Of a stretch of 64,000 nucleotides of DNA, positions 63,673 to 64,000 are shown in pieces; position 1 is the stretch's first letter, and each line of letters starts with the position of its first letter. Origin of the DNA: an uncultured Actinomycetota bacterium (GTDB taxonomy: Bacteria; Actinomycetota; Actinomycetes; Propionibacteriales; Nocardioidaceae); assembly GCA_963728775.1 (NCBI GenBank), contig CAVSLP010000009.1, positions 1,429 to 65,428 of the forward strand, read 5' to 3'. The notes under the pieces are model-generated. The model saw only the letters and a list, made by a program, of their open reading frames with translations, did no database searches and was not told the DNA's origin. The position numbers and the translations under genes are program-made.

Positions 63673-63942
63673 TCAGGCGGGGGCCGGCGGGGCCGCCGGC
63701 GGACGAACCCCGACCCTCTCCTCCGCGGGCATCAGGATCCACAGGACCGGGTACACCAGGATCTGGCTGCCCGGGATGGCCAGCAGCACCAGCACGAAGA
63801 GGATCCGTGCGGCCCACGGTCCGATGCCGAGGCGTCGGCCGAGGCCGGCACACACGCCGCCCAGGACCCGCCCCTCCCGCGGCCGGACCAGACCCTGCCG
63901 GGCGAAGCTCTGGTGGATGTCGTTCATGTTCGTATCCTTCAC
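63673..63942 (-). CDS. PspC domain-containing membrane protein
   Basis: LVRPREGRVLGGVCAGLGRRLGIGPWAARILFVLVLLAIPGSQILVYPVLWILMP is the canonical PspC domain. An alternative start lies at 63927. Confidence 0.85.
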   Translation of the reverse strand: MKDTNMNDIHQSFARQGLVRPREGRVLGGVCAGLGRRLGIGPWAARILFVLVLLAIPGSQILVYPVLWILMPAEERVGVRPPAAPPAPA

Positions 63943-64000
63943 GTCGGTCTCCAGGGCCGTCCCCTGGTCCTCCCACTCTGCTTCGCGGAGCGGTCCGGCG

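Overview
By eye this is a very high-GC (>70%) actinobacterial chromosome segment, densely coded, with many 4-nt GTGA/ATGA start-stop overlaps. I support about 66 protein genes and one tRNA.

Gene content, left to right:
- Conserved core block: a truncated sepX/glpR-like gene, rimJ, moaB, moaC, moeA, a UDP-glucose pyrophosphorylase, 5-formyl-THF cyclo-ligase, a penicillin-acylase-family gene, fmdB-like, a SAF-domain gene and mscL.
- Divergent glgA(glgM)/glgC, then a DJ-1/PfpI gene.
- A secreted amine-oxidase plus beta-propeller pair, an LCP-family gene and tRNA-Arg(CCT).
- Small accessory genes: CPBP protease, CoA-binding protein, DksA/TraR zinc finger, TreT-type trehalose synthase, and a methyltransferase.
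- A compact 10-gene gas-vesicle (gvp) cluster.
- efeUOB iron uptake with iron-box-like sites; ideR lies 13 kb away.
- Lytic transglycosylase, pcm, a Sir2 deacetylase, and a DUF559-like gene bracketed by palindromic repeats.
- An ABC-2 exporter and a photolyase.
- A DosR/DevR-like hypoxia module: a LuxR-type response regulator, a GAF-GAF histidine kinase, DoxX, two USPs and a PPOX-family protein, with two near-identical GGGAC-N4-GTCCC boxes.
- A GH13 glucosidase, an MFS transporter, a TetR-controlled heterodimeric ABC exporter and pspC.

Most interesting observations:
- The gvp cluster has no gvpN or gvpC. It is preceded by two non-canonical genes with acidic and basic low-complexity tails.
- Two palindromic repeat families each occur twice in the window.
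- A 15-bp x6 tandem repeat lies downstream of glgC.
- There are several apparent 1-nt frameshifts (rimJ, the EamA transporter, the SRPBCC gene, possibly the methyltransferase). These could be assembly indels.

Many long ORFs in the supplied track are high-GC shadow ORFs and were rejected. All family calls rest on my reading of the translations. No database search was run.
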